This document shows positions 38,650 through 48,208 of a DNA stretch of 64,000 nucleotides, piece after piece. The notes beneath the pieces were generated by a model. The model searched no databases. It was not told the DNA's origin and was given only the letters and a program-made list of their open reading frames with translations. The position numbers and the translations under genes are program-made. The DNA comes from Sphingomonadales bacterium (GTDB lineage Bacteria > Bacteroidota > Bacteroidia > NS11-12g > UBA955), in the NCBI GenBank assembly GCA_016872175.1, contig VHBA01000003.1, positions 790-64,789 of the forward strand. The letters run 5' to 3'. Within the stretch, counting starts at the first letter, position 1. The number at the start of each line of letters is the position of its first letter.

Positions 38650-39446
38650 GATGCATCCATAAATTTAAGCAGTATTACGGTGCCTTCAGACAATCCGTAA
38701 TATTGTTTGGCAGATCCTGCATTCATGGCAATTTGCAGAAAATCACCCAGGCCGAAATAAGCGGCGGCATAGCCTTGGTCAACATCAAAAAGTGAAGCGC
38801 TAATACGGTCAATTTCCAAACGGTATGAACTGATTACGGAGAGCTTAAATCGTCGACCGTTTCTCATACGCTCGAATTCATCCCTTTTAAGATTGAAAAT
38901 TGCATTTCCCTGTGCATCGTTGTAAACCACAGTAAGACGCAGAAGGTTTTGCTGGAAGGCAGGCTTTGGTATCAGTGACTTTATTACATTTTCTTTAACA
39001 GTAAAGGGAATGCTGCCATTGTCTGAATTCATCAACGTGTTAATGGCCGGTAAATAAATATCCTTCATCACATTTTGTATGGAAATTTGTGAAGAGACGC
39101 TGTAATAATCTGCTGATGAATCCTGAAGAATAAGTGGCAGAAAACCATTGTCGGGGGCAAAAAACCACTGGCTTCCTGATTTTGCTGCCAGGTATGGTGC
39201 TGCTGCTCTTGGGCTGAGTTTAGTGTGTGTAATATCGCACAAATGCCATGTGTCTTCTCCAAATGAGGGCAAGACCATCTGCATAAACATTGCCGCGGTG
39301 CTTAAATGCCCTCTGGATAGTGTTGGCTGGCTAAATATATGGGGAAGGTCAGGGATTTGTGCAAACAACAAAGCCCTTGAAACAGAGCTTTCTGTCGCTT
39401 CGTCGCCATAATCGGTAAAAACGTGTATGAGCTTTGGTTTTATCAA
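38646..39446 (-). CDS. SAM hydroxide adenosyltransferase/chlorinase (DUF62) family, divergent
   Basis: TDYG, APDNG, D.QGN, LQIAMNAGSA. Divergent from phoH. Confidence 0.7.
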   Translation of the reverse strand: MIKPKLIHVFTDYGDEATESSVSRALLFAQIPDLPHIFSQPTLSRGHLSTAAMFMQMVLPSFGEDTWHLCDITHTKLSPRAAAPYLAAKSGSQWFFAPDNGFLPLILQDSSADYYSVSSQISIQNVMKDIYLPAINTLMNSDNGSIPFTVKENVIKSLIPKPAFQQNLLRLTVVYNDAQGNAIFNLKRDEFERMRNGRRFKLSVISSYRLEIDRISASLFDVDQGYAAAYFGLGDFLQIAMNAGSAKQYYGLSEGTVILLKFMDAS

Positions 39447-39459
39447 GGCTTCAAATCAA

Positions 39460-39477
39460 TATCTTTGTGCAAAGATA
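39460..39477. promoter_or_regulatory. Two opposed -7 elements TATCTTTG-TG-CAAAGATA (bidirectional promoter)
   Basis: 8-bp inverted repeat in the 43-nt gap between divergent genes. Each half is an exact TAnnTTTG. Confidence 0.7.
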
Positions 39478-39489
39478 AATCCCTAAACA

Positions 39490-40446
39490 TTGACAGAAAG
39501 AGTTTATACGCTGGAAATCATCAATCCTCAGGTATTTTATGGGGTGAATAACACCAATCTGAACCTGATAAAATCCAAATTTCCCAAGTTGCAGTTTGTG
39601 GCAAGAGGCGATGAAATTAAAGTTCTGGGTGAAGAGACTGAACTTGAAAATTTTGCTTCAAAAATGGAATTGCTGGAGCAGATTTACCTAAAAAAGGGCG
39701 AGTTGAATGTGCATACACTCAACGATGTTTTTGGAGGAAACCAGACTGCTGAACTTGCCGTAGGTGGCGAAGATGATGTACTTTTGGTTGGAACCCGAGG
39801 ACAGAAAATTAGAGCCAGGACCGCAAATCAGCGCGCTATGGTCAAGTCAGCGAAGAAAAATGACATACTGTTTGCCATTGGTCCTGCAGGAACAGGCAAA
39901 ACATATACAGCTGTTGCACTGGCGGTTCTAGCGCTTAAAGAGCGCGAAATAAGAAGAATAATTCTTACCCGACCTGCAGTGGAGGCCGGCGAAAACCTGG
40001 GGTTTCTGCCAGGTGATTTAAAGGAGAAAATAGATCCTTATTTGCGTCCATTGTATGATGCACTGGAAGATATGATTCCTGTGGATAAACTAAAGAGTAT
40101 GATTGAAAGCAGAACCGTTGAAATTGCTCCGCTTGCTTTCATGCGTGGCCGCACATTGGATAATTGTTATGTGATACTTGATGAAGCCCAAAACACTACG
40201 GATCCACAGTTGAAAATGTTTCTGACCCGCATGGGACCCAATGCTAAATTGATAATAACCGGTGATTTAACCCAAATAGATTTACCCCGAAAACAACAAA
40301 GCGGGTTGTTCAGGGCACTGGAAATATTACAGAAAATCCAGGGAATAAGTATAATACATCTCAACGCTGATGATGTTGTCAGGCACAGGCTGGTAAAGGA
40401 AATTATTGGTGCCTACGATAAAAGTCAGGAAAATGAGGATATCTAG
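39490..40446 (+). CDS. phoH: PhoH family ATPase
   Basis: GPAGTGKT, LTRPAVEAGE.LGFLPGD, AFMRGRTL, DEAQN. Confidence 0.96.
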   Translation: MTERVYTLEIINPQVFYGVNNTNLNLIKSKFPKLQFVARGDEIKVLGEETELENFASKMELLEQIYLKKGELNVHTLNDVFGGNQTAELAVGGEDDVLLVGTRGQKIRARTANQRAMVKSAKKNDILFAIGPAGTGKTYTAVALAVLALKEREIRRIILTRPAVEAGENLGFLPGDLKEKIDPYLRPLYDALEDMIPVDKLKSMIESRTVEIAPLAFMRGRTLDNCYVILDEAQNTTDPQLKMFLTRMGPNAKLIITGDLTQIDLPRKQQSGLFRALEILQKIQGISIIHLNADDVVRHRLVKEIIGAYDKSQENEDI

Positions 40447-40513
40447 TTATAAAGTCTGACAACGGGCTGTTTTATCTTTGCCATTGCATAGTAAAATGTA
40501 ATTTATACGCGCA

Positions 40514-41461
40514 ATGAAAGCACTTACCTCAACCCAATATTTTTTTACAAGACAGACAGCTTTTTACCGCGGTAAGGTGCGTGATGTATACACCATTGCC
40601 GATGATATACTTGTAATTGTAGCGACAGATCGTATTTCTGCCTTTGACCATGTGCTGCCCAAAAGTATACCGTTCAAGGGTCAGGTACTTACTGAAATAG
40701 CCTCAATGTTTCTGGATTTAACCGCTGATATTGTTCCCAACTGGAAATTGGCCACACCAGATCCCCATGTTACTGTTGGTAAGCGCTGCGATGCCATTCC
40801 CATAGAGTTCGTGGTCAGGCAGTATCTTACCGGTCACGCTTGGCGCGTTTACAGGAATGGTGGCCGATTGCTTTGCGGAAATGTTCTGCCTGAAGGGTTA
40901 AAAGAAAACGATAAACTGCCCGAACCAATAGTAACACCGGCCACAAAGGCAGTAAGCGGACATGATGAGGATATTTCGGCAGAAGAGATTTTGTCTAAAA
41001 AATTACTCAGTCCAAAACGTTGGGAGGCTCTAAAGGATATTTCTCTCAGGCTGTTTCAGCGTGGTATAGAGTATGCAGCATCCAAAGGGCTGATATTGGT
41101 AGATACCAAGTATGAATTTGGATTGCATAATGATGAGATTTATCTCATTGATGAAGTACATACACCAGATAGCAGCCGGTTTTTTTATGCCGATACCTAC
41201 CGGGAACTACAAGAGGCAGGAAAGCCGCAACGTCAACTCAGTAAAGAGTTTGTGCGTGAGTGGCTTATGGAAAATGGATTTCAAGGTCTGGAAGGTCAAG
41301 TAATGCCCAACATGCCCGATTCATTTGTGGATTCGATTACTCAGCGCTATGTGGAGCTTTACACTGTCATGACGGGGAAAGCATTTAAACCACGTAGTTA
41401 TGAACATGTGGTGCAAGAAATAGAAAATAATATTAATAATACTTTGATTAATTTCGTATAA
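40514..41461 (+). CDS. purC: SAICAR synthetase
   Basis: YRGKVRDVY, TDRISAFD, LVDTKYEFG, DEVHTPDSSR. Confidence 0.97.
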   Translation: MKALTSTQYFFTRQTAFYRGKVRDVYTIADDILVIVATDRISAFDHVLPKSIPFKGQVLTEIASMFLDLTADIVPNWKLATPDPHVTVGKRCDAIPIEFVVRQYLTGHAWRVYRNGGRLLCGNVLPEGLKENDKLPEPIVTPATKAVSGHDEDISAEEILSKKLLSPKRWEALKDISLRLFQRGIEYAASKGLILVDTKYEFGLHNDEIYLIDEVHTPDSSRFFYADTYRELQEAGKPQRQLSKEFVREWLMENGFQGLEGQVMPNMPDSFVDSITQRYVELYTVMTGKAFKPRSYEHVVQEIENNINNTLINFV

Positions 41462-41465
41462 CAGT

Positions 41466-43328
41466 ATGAAAGAGAATTGGCTGGCAATTTTGCCATTGAT
41501 GGCAGCTCAATGCGTATTTGGTCAAACGGTATCAACCTATGCAGGCAAACAGTACGTAGGTTCAGGTAAATATATTGGAGTAGCTTCCAATCCGCTGCTG
41601 GATGATTATTACAGCAATCCTTACGGAATTTGTGTGGATACTGGCGGCAATATCTGGCTGAGCGATCAACACAATATGATTATTCTGTACGGGGGCAATA
41701 GCATTCAACGTGGTGGTTATATGCTTGACCCAACAGAGCCCGGAGCAATAGGGCGCTACAGAGCGACTGGTACCCAGGCATATTTTAATAATCCGCGTGG
41801 TGTGTATGTTCATCCCAAGACAAATTCAATTTATGTGTGTGATACCGATAACGGACAGATTCGTTCAGGAACCGGTTTCGTAAATACCTCCAACCCAACC
41901 TCATGGGATGGATTGAGTAAAAGTAATCCGGATGATGATAATGCATATGCAGGTAAATATTCATTTCTTGGCGACTACCTGGATGGCGCAAAATCAACCG
42001 CATTTTTTAGCAGCCCTGAGGATCTGGTAATAAACACCGATGGGAATGTTTATGTATCAGATTATGGAAATGATTGTATTCGCAAAATATCTGGAAATAA
42101 CGTTACTACCCTAGCCGGTAAGGGCCTTTCTTATGGCGATGCTGACGGAATCGGCGGAAATGCCCGTTTTTACGCACCGGCAGGAATTTGCCTTGAAAGT
42201 TCCAGTAGCTTACTTGTAGCTGACCGCAATAATGGCAAAATCAGGAGGGTAAACCTTACTACTGCGCAGGTTAGTACCGTAGTCAGTGGTCTCGTTTCAC
42301 CATCAGACGTGGTGGCAGTGGACGGACTTGTTTTTATTGCAGACGACTACTGTATAAAGATGTGGGATGGTTCCAAACTGCGCGTTTATGTCGGTAAAGC
42401 AGGAGTGTCTGATTACAAAGACGGAAATGACAGCAGTGCCCGTTTTGGAGATCTTGGTTTGATGGTTTACCGAAGCAAAGACAAAAGCTTGTATGTGTGT
42501 GACAGAGAAAATAATGTGGTTCGTCGTATACCAATCATACAATCAGCGGTGCCAAATTTCATCTGCAATAATCTAACGCCTACAGTTGGGCAGACTGTGA
42601 AACTTACCAATAAAAGTTCATTTTTTACCACCGTACAGTGGAATATTACACCCACTACATATACCATTCAGGCGGGTGGCAAATTAACCGATACGGTTAT
42701 TTATGTGTCTTTTAATGCAACAGGCTCTTATAATGTTACCCTTACCGCTACTAATCCTTCCGGCAGTGTGCCCCTAACCAGAAATAATTATATTAACGTA
42801 AGTACAAACTCTTCTGCCAAACCGGCCGTGGATTTTGTGGCTATAAAAACCATGCTAAGCATCACCGAAAACGCCCAGCTGGTGGATATGAGCGCTAATA
42901 CACCAACAAAATGGGACTGGACAATAACCCCCAGGAAATTTTCATATGTTGGAGGAACAGATTCCACCAGCCAGTTCCCTCAGGTTAAATTTAATGCTAC
43001 AGGAACATATACAGTTAAATTAATTGCTACCAACTCTAATGGCAATGGAACGCTTACCAAAACCAATTATATTGTGGTTGCACTGAGTAAAAATAATGCG
43101 GTTGTTCCCAAAACAGGATTGCGTGTTTATCCTAATCCTACCCATGGTTTAATCCATTTGGAAGGTGCAAAGTCCAATGAGCCAATAATCCTGATAGCGC
43201 CGGATGGACGTGTAATTCACCGTGTGCTAAACGGTAATAGTTTAGATATTACCGATTTGCCGGATGGAATGTATGTTGCAAAACTTGTTTCTCAGGGCAT
43301 CAACTGCAGGTTCGTGAAACTCAATTGA
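41466..43328 (+). CDS. NHL-repeat beta-propeller plus two PKD domains plus T9SS C-terminal sorting domain
   Basis: Repeats F..P.G/D...VYV.D..N..IR, PKD motifs F..TG.Y.V.L.ATN, C-terminal VYPNP...DGMY. Confidence 0.85.
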   Translation: MKENWLAILPLMAAQCVFGQTVSTYAGKQYVGSGKYIGVASNPLLDDYYSNPYGICVDTGGNIWLSDQHNMIILYGGNSIQRGGYMLDPTEPGAIGRYRATGTQAYFNNPRGVYVHPKTNSIYVCDTDNGQIRSGTGFVNTSNPTSWDGLSKSNPDDDNAYAGKYSFLGDYLDGAKSTAFFSSPEDLVINTDGNVYVSDYGNDCIRKISGNNVTTLAGKGLSYGDADGIGGNARFYAPAGICLESSSSLLVADRNNGKIRRVNLTTAQVSTVVSGLVSPSDVVAVDGLVFIADDYCIKMWDGSKLRVYVGKAGVSDYKDGNDSSARFGDLGLMVYRSKDKSLYVCDRENNVVRRIPIIQSAVPNFICNNLTPTVGQTVKLTNKSSFFTTVQWNITPTTYTIQAGGKLTDTVIYVSFNATGSYNVTLTATNPSGSVPLTRNNYINVSTNSSAKPAVDFVAIKTMLSITENAQLVDMSANTPTKWDWTITPRKFSYVGGTDSTSQFPQVKFNATGTYTVKLIATNSNGNGTLTKTNYIVVALSKNNAVVPKTGLRVYPNPTHGLIHLEGAKSNEPIILIAPDGRVIHRVLNGNSLDITDLPDGMYVAKLVSQGINCRFVKLN

Positions 43329-45226
43329 TAAAAGCTTTTTTACATAGAATAATAAAAAACCCGGCAGTGTTCGGGTTTTTTTCTTTTTTATTGAGTGTTT
43401 TTCTATGGGGTATAGCCCTTCAATGGGTGGGCAGATTACTGTTTCTTTTTCTGAAAGGCGCTTTTCATCAATTAACCGGTACAGAAATATTGCAGAGCTT
43501 TCTGTTCGGTTTTCCCCTTGATCTTGCATTTGTTTCTTATTTTATAGTTTTGAGCCTAATCCTTTATTGGATGGGGACCTCATTGCAGCAGCGGCTGTCC
43601 AGGATCTTATTTATTTTGTTTGGAACACTTTATATGCAGGTTGAAATAATTGTCAGTCTCGCAGATGCTGAAATGTTTTCCGCCTGGGGTTCAAAATTCA
43701 ATAGACAGGCCCTGCAATATCTGTATAGTCCAAATGAAGCGGCAGCTTCATCCTCTGAGGCAAGTTGGACGGGAATAATTATTTGCTGGATTTTATTTAC
43801 AGTCGTATTTTTTCGCTATTTGTTAAAACTTTCAACGGGAATTGTAAAAACACCAAAATCAGCTGGGCAGCATCTCTTTACCGCAGGTAAATCAATCCTT
43901 ACCGCAGCGGTATTGGGTATTGCCATACGCGGCGGATTTGGCAATATTCCTATTAACCAGAGTGTTGCTGTATTTTCCACAAAACCTGCGGCCAATATGG
44001 CCGCCATAAACAGCGGCTGGAATTTTCTGTATTTTGTAATAAATAAAAATGAAACCATTCATGCGGAGACTTATCATTTTTCCAAAATTGGCGGTGATGA
44101 TATTTTTTTAAACAAATATTATTCCGATACAATTGTAAATACCCCCCTAAGCCATTTGGAGCAACCCAATGTCTGTATTGTTATTATGGAAAGTTTCTCT
44201 GCCTATGGATCGCAATTCCTAACAGGCCATTATAATGCCATGCCATTTCTTGACAGCTTGCAACAGTCAGGATTCTCCATGAAACGTGCTTACGCCTCAG
44301 GAGATAGAACAGATAAGGGTTTGGCAGCAGTTCTGAGCGGCTGGCACGGACAGCCATGGCAAAGTATTTTGCATGAACCGGACAAAGCAGCAAAATTGCC
44401 TTCCCTGGCAAAATTGTTCAATGATAAAGGCTATAGATCGGGCTTTATATACGGAGGTGATCTGGGTTTCTCCAATATGCGATCTTATTTATTTTCAGCA
44501 GGATTTAAATCGGTATTGGATCAAACTGATTTTAACATTGCAGAAGTAACCTCCAAATGGGGTGCCCATGATGAATGGGCGCTTAAAAAACTTTTAAATA
44601 TCAGTAATACGGCCAAAGAGCCTTTTTTTCATGTTCTGCTCACACTTAGCAGTCATGAGCCCTATGATGTTCCCGGTGGTCCATATTATACGGGCGAAGC
44701 CCCACAGAAGGAGTTACTGAACAGCATAGGATATACCGACTTTTCAATTAGGCGTTTCATGTATGAAGCCGAAAAAAATGCCTGGTTCAAGAATACCCTT
44801 TTTGTTTTTGTAGCTGATCATGGGCGGGATCTTGGCTTTCCGGAAACACAGTTTGACAAATCAGGCCATTTTCATGTTCCCTTATTTTTCTATGGTCCGG
44901 CTTTGCATCCTTATTTACGCGGCGTCAGCTATAATGAGGTGGCTTCCCAATGCGATATAGCTGAAACCTTGAATCAGGGTTTTCTCTTCAATAAAGTAAA
45001 ATATTTTGATTACTCAGCCAATTTGCTTGATAAAGGCAGGCGTAATCTTGCAGTATACCTATTCAACAGCGGATTTGGGGTAGTAGATGAAAACGCAGAA
45101 GTTGTATTCCACAATCAGCCGGGTCAGCTAACATTTAGCCGAGGCAATAAAAATTCATGCGACAGTTTATTGAGGGTTGGACAAATAATGCAGTATCGTC
45201 AAGTTGTCAATTATCTTAAATATTAA
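43325..45226 (+). CDS. LTA synthase/sulfatase-like membrane phosphotransferase
   Basis: About five TM, IRGG, PNVCIVIMESF, RTDKG (Thr nucleophile), TLSSHEPY, FVADHG. Start uncertain. Confidence 0.9.
   Translation: MIKAFLHRIIKNPAVFGFFSFLLSVFLWGIALQWVGRLLFLFLKGAFHQLTGTEILQSFLFGFPLDLAFVSYFIVLSLILYWMGTSLQQRLSRILFILFGTLYMQVEIIVSLADAEMFSAWGSKFNRQALQYLYSPNEAAASSSEASWTGIIICWILFTVVFFRYLLKLSTGIVKTPKSAGQHLFTAGKSILTAAVLGIAIRGGFGNIPINQSVAVFSTKPAANMAAINSGWNFLYFVINKNETIHAETYHFSKIGGDDIFLNKYYSDTIVNTPLSHLEQPNVCIVIMESFSAYGSQFLTGHYNAMPFLDSLQQSGFSMKRAYASGDRTDKGLAAVLSGWHGQPWQSILHEPDKAAKLPSLAKLFNDKGYRSGFIYGGDLGFSNMRSYLFSAGFKSVLDQTDFNIAEVTSKWGAHDEWALKKLLNISNTAKEPFFHVLLTLSSHEPYDVPGGPYYTGEAPQKELLNSIGYTDFSIRRFMYEAEKNAWFKNTLFVFVADHGRDLGFPETQFDKSGHFHVPLFFYGPALHPYLRGVSYNEVASQCDIAETLNQGFLFNKVKYFDYSANLLDKGRRNLAVYLFNSGFGVVDENAEVVFHNQPGQLTFSRGNKNSCDSLLRVGQIMQYRQVVNYLKY
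43354..43389 (+). terminator. Intrinsic terminator-like hairpin after the NHL/PKD gene
   Basis: AAAAAACCCG-GCAGTGTT-CGGGTTTTTT followed by TCTTTTTT. Confidence 0.65.
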
Positions 45227-45241
45227 AATTTTAAAACTAAA

Positions 45242-45270
45242 GTAACTTTTGGCCGGTTTTTTGCGTCTAA
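45242..45270 (+). promoter_or_regulatory. ECF sigma-type promoter GTAAC-N17-CGTCTAA
   Basis: AAC at 45244-46, a 17-nt T-rich spacer, CGTC at 45264-67. Confidence 0.55.
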
Positions 45271-45315
45271 TAAGTAAAGCCTATTGTTATAAAGAGGAAT
45301 ATTGCTAAATTTGAG

Positions 45316-45549
45316 ATGAAAATGCCCTTCCCACACAATTTGTCAGCAAAATTTAAGGTTATTTTAGTGCTTGTCATTCTCAATGTTATTGGATTTTTTA
45401 CGGCCCAGCGTTATTTTTCAGAACAGGAGAGCAGCAATACCCAAAAAGAAATGGTGGAAGAAAATCCCTTGCTTGGCGCCACTGTGGAAGAAACCGGCAT
45501 GTATAAGGAATGGGGCATTCGGTTGATTGCCTTATTTATGCGAAGATAA
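45316..45549 (+). CDS. Small membrane protein (77 aa), unknown function
   Basis: N-terminal TM, acidic linker, amphipathic C-terminal helix. TAAATTTG just upstream, and it ends 9 nt before the kinase gene. Confidence 0.65.
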   Translation: MKMPFPHNLSAKFKVILVLVILNVIGFFTAQRYFSEQESSNTQKEMVEENPLLGATVEETGMYKEWGIRLIALFMRR

Positions 45550-45558
45550 CAGCAGGCA

Positions 45559-46605
45559 TTGTCTTTGTTTCGAAATATAATTTCGGCCACATACAGGTTC
45601 ATCAACCAATCAAGGTTATACCACCTGTTTTTTTGGTTTTTATATGCTTTTATAGTTGCTATTTCACTGCAGCCCGGTAAAAATCTCAGAGAATGGCTTT
45701 TGTTTTCCTCTCTTATTCTTACTTTTCATGCTACTGTTAGCTATATAAATAATTATTTTTTTGTTAACAGATACCTTTACACAAGACAGTACGTAACCTA
45801 TGTGCTGGTTCTTGTGCTTACCATTGCTGCCACAGCTTTCCCAATATCAGTTATCATACATAAACTGGTAAATAATCGGGATTTGAAAAACATGGTTTGG
45901 TCATGGAATTTTTTCATTCTGATTGCATTGTCCATTTTATTTAGTGTCGTATTAAGCATGGTATTGAAACTGCTTAAAAACTGGTATCAAGGCGAGCAAG
46001 CCAGAAGAAGACTTCAGCAAATCAATACAGAAACAGAGCTTAAATTTTTAAAATCTCAGATTAATCCGCATTTTCTATTCAATTGTCTGAATAATTTGTA
46101 TGCACTCACATTGAAAAAAAGTGACCTTGCACCGGAGGTGGTTTTGCGCCTCAGTAATATTCTTCGTTATGTACTTTATGAGGCAGTGGATGGCAGGGTT
46201 TCATTATCTAAGGAAGTTCAGTACTTAAAAGACTACATTGATCTGGAAAAAATCAGACTGGGAGATAGGGCTGTAATTGCCTTTGAAACCAACGGTAGTT
46301 TAAGTGAAGCGCAAATTGAACCCATGCTATTTCTGACCTTTCTGGAAAATAGTATCAAGCATGGCGCTTTTAATACCATTTCAGATGCCTGGATAAAGAT
46401 TAACCTGAAAGCATCACCCGGAGAAATAATATTTGAGATATCCAACTCTAAACCTGCTTATTTGGACGAATCTGTAAAAGGACAAGGGGGAATTGGCATG
46501 GCCAATCTTAAAAAGAGATTAGATATTATTTATCCGGAAAAATATAGTTTGGAAGTAAGAGATGAGGAATCGGAATATCATGTTAAACTTGCATTAAATA
46601 CCTGA
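45559..46605 (+). CDS. LytS/YehU-type sensor histidine kinase
   Basis: ELKFLKSQINPHFLFNCLNN, ENSIKHG, GGIGMAN. Four TM. Confidence 0.95.
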   Translation: MSLFRNIISATYRFINQSRLYHLFFWFLYAFIVAISLQPGKNLREWLLFSSLILTFHATVSYINNYFFVNRYLYTRQYVTYVLVLVLTIAATAFPISVIIHKLVNNRDLKNMVWSWNFFILIALSILFSVVLSMVLKLLKNWYQGEQARRRLQQINTETELKFLKSQINPHFLFNCLNNLYALTLKKSDLAPEVVLRLSNILRYVLYEAVDGRVSLSKEVQYLKDYIDLEKIRLGDRAVIAFETNGSLSEAQIEPMLFLTFLENSIKHGAFNTISDAWIKINLKASPGEIIFEISNSKPAYLDESVKGQGGIGMANLKKRLDIIYPEKYSLEVRDEESEYHVKLALNT

Positions 46606-46609
46606 ATAT

Positions 46610-47344
46610 ATGTCTGAAACTTTGCGTTGTATCTGTGTGGACGATGAACCTCTGGCACTGGAGGTTATGCAAACATTGCTTGAGAGCTTTCCCGGATTGA
46701 AATTAGAGAAAACATTCAGTCATGCACTGAAAGCCATAGATTACCTGAAAAACAATAAAGTGCATGTTGTTTTCAGCGACATAAATATGCCGGGTGTTAG
46801 CGGTATTGAATTTGCACAAAGCATCGCTGATAATGAATGTGTAGTGGTGTTTACCACCGCACACCAGGAGTATGCCGCAGAGGCTTTCGAAATTGAGGCA
46901 CTGGATTTTTTACTGAAACCCTTTTCTCCGGATCGTTTGGCAAAAACAGTTAAAAGATTAGAAGAATATTTTGAGTTGCGTTCATCTCTCCAAAAAGACA
47001 ATACTGAACTTTCAGAGGGTTCAGTTTTTGTGAAAAGCGATGGGAAGTTGCTCAAAGTTGCTTTTACGGATATCTGGCTGGTTGAAGCATTTGCAGATTA
47101 TGTAAAAATTTGGACTTCAGATGATAAGCGGATAGTGACACTCCAGACTATGAAAAACATGGAACAGGGATTGCCTGAAGATCGCTTTATCAGGGTGCAC
47201 AGAAGTTTTATTGTTGCCATTGATAAGATGGTTTCTGTGCATAGCAGCAGTATTAAGGTGGGAAATAAGGAAATTCCCGTAGGCAAAAATTACCGGGATG
47301 GCCTAATGGAAATAGTTCAAAGGTTGAATACGCTAAGACGTTGA
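46610..47344 (+). CDS. LytTR family response regulator
   Basis: VDDEPLA, DINMP, FTTA, LLKP, FIRVHRSFIV. Confidence 0.96.
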   Translation: MSETLRCICVDDEPLALEVMQTLLESFPGLKLEKTFSHALKAIDYLKNNKVHVVFSDINMPGVSGIEFAQSIADNECVVVFTTAHQEYAAEAFEIEALDFLLKPFSPDRLAKTVKRLEEYFELRSSLQKDNTELSEGSVFVKSDGKLLKVAFTDIWLVEAFADYVKIWTSDDKRIVTLQTMKNMEQGLPEDRFIRVHRSFIVAIDKMVSVHSSSIKVGNKEIPVGKNYRDGLMEIVQRLNTLRR

Positions 47345-47347
47345 ATT

Positions 47348-48208
47348 TTATAAACCGAGGTACGCATCGGAAGCCCTTGTAAGGGCATTTGAGAAGGCTT
47401 CAGCATTTATATTTGATGGTGTATGTGAGTTTATCCATGCCAAAAGTTGTTCAGTGGGAATATTTCCTTTGAGTTCATCATTGGCAAACGGGCAACCTCC
47501 AAAACCTAATATTGCACTGTCAAACCTTTGGCAACCGGCCTCCCACGCGGCCTCCACTTTGTTTTGCCACATGTCTGTTCGGGCATGAAAGTGAGCTCCG
47601 AAAACTACATCAGGATGCCTGCAGGTTAGTGTCTCAAAAAGATATTGTATATCATCTGTTTTAGCCCGGCCAACCGTATCAGCAAGGCTGATAGTAGCGA
47701 TGCCTTCTTTTACAATTTTATCTGCCCACTCGATAACCTTGTCTCTGTCGTAATTCTCACCATATGGATTACCAAATGCCATGCTAATGTATACCACCAG
47801 TTCTTTGCCTGCTATGGATGCAAGTTCATGGATCTTACGCATACGAATGAATGCATCCGTGGTGCTGCTATTGGTGTTGCGTCTCTGAAATGTCTCATTC
47901 ACACTGAAAGGATAACCGAGATAATTCACCATGGGATAAGCGATAGCTCTTGCTGCACCTCTTTCATTGGCGACAATTACCAGCAGTCTGGTATTGCCCT
48001 TGAAAGGACCTATTGAAGATAATACTTCAGCCGTATCTGCCATCTGCGGCACTGCAGAAGGATTTACAAAACTGCCGCAATCCAGGGTGTGAAAACCGCA
48101 TGCAAGTAATTTCTTCAGATAATCGATCTTTACCTCAGTGGGTATAAAATTCTTTATACCTTGCATAGCATCACGAGGACACTCAATTATTTGCAGGCCT
48201 GAGATCAC
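47348..48208 (-). CDS. Hydroxymethylglutaryl-CoA lyase
   Basis: ECPRDAMQG, SFV.P.AVPQMAD, LADTVG, HFH, GGCPFA. Confidence 0.94.
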   Translation of the reverse strand: MISGLQIIECPRDAMQGIKNFIPTEVKIDYLKKLLACGFHTLDCGSFVNPSAVPQMADTAEVLSSIGPFKGNTRLLVIVANERGAARAIAYPMVNYLGYPFSVNETFQRRNTNSSTTDAFIRMRKIHELASIAGKELVVYISMAFGNPYGENYDRDKVIEWADKIVKEGIATISLADTVGRAKTDDIQYLFETLTCRHPDVVFGAHFHARTDMWQNKVEAAWEAGCQRFDSAILGFGGCPFANDELKGNIPTEQLLAWINSHTPSNINAEAFSNALTRASDAYLGL

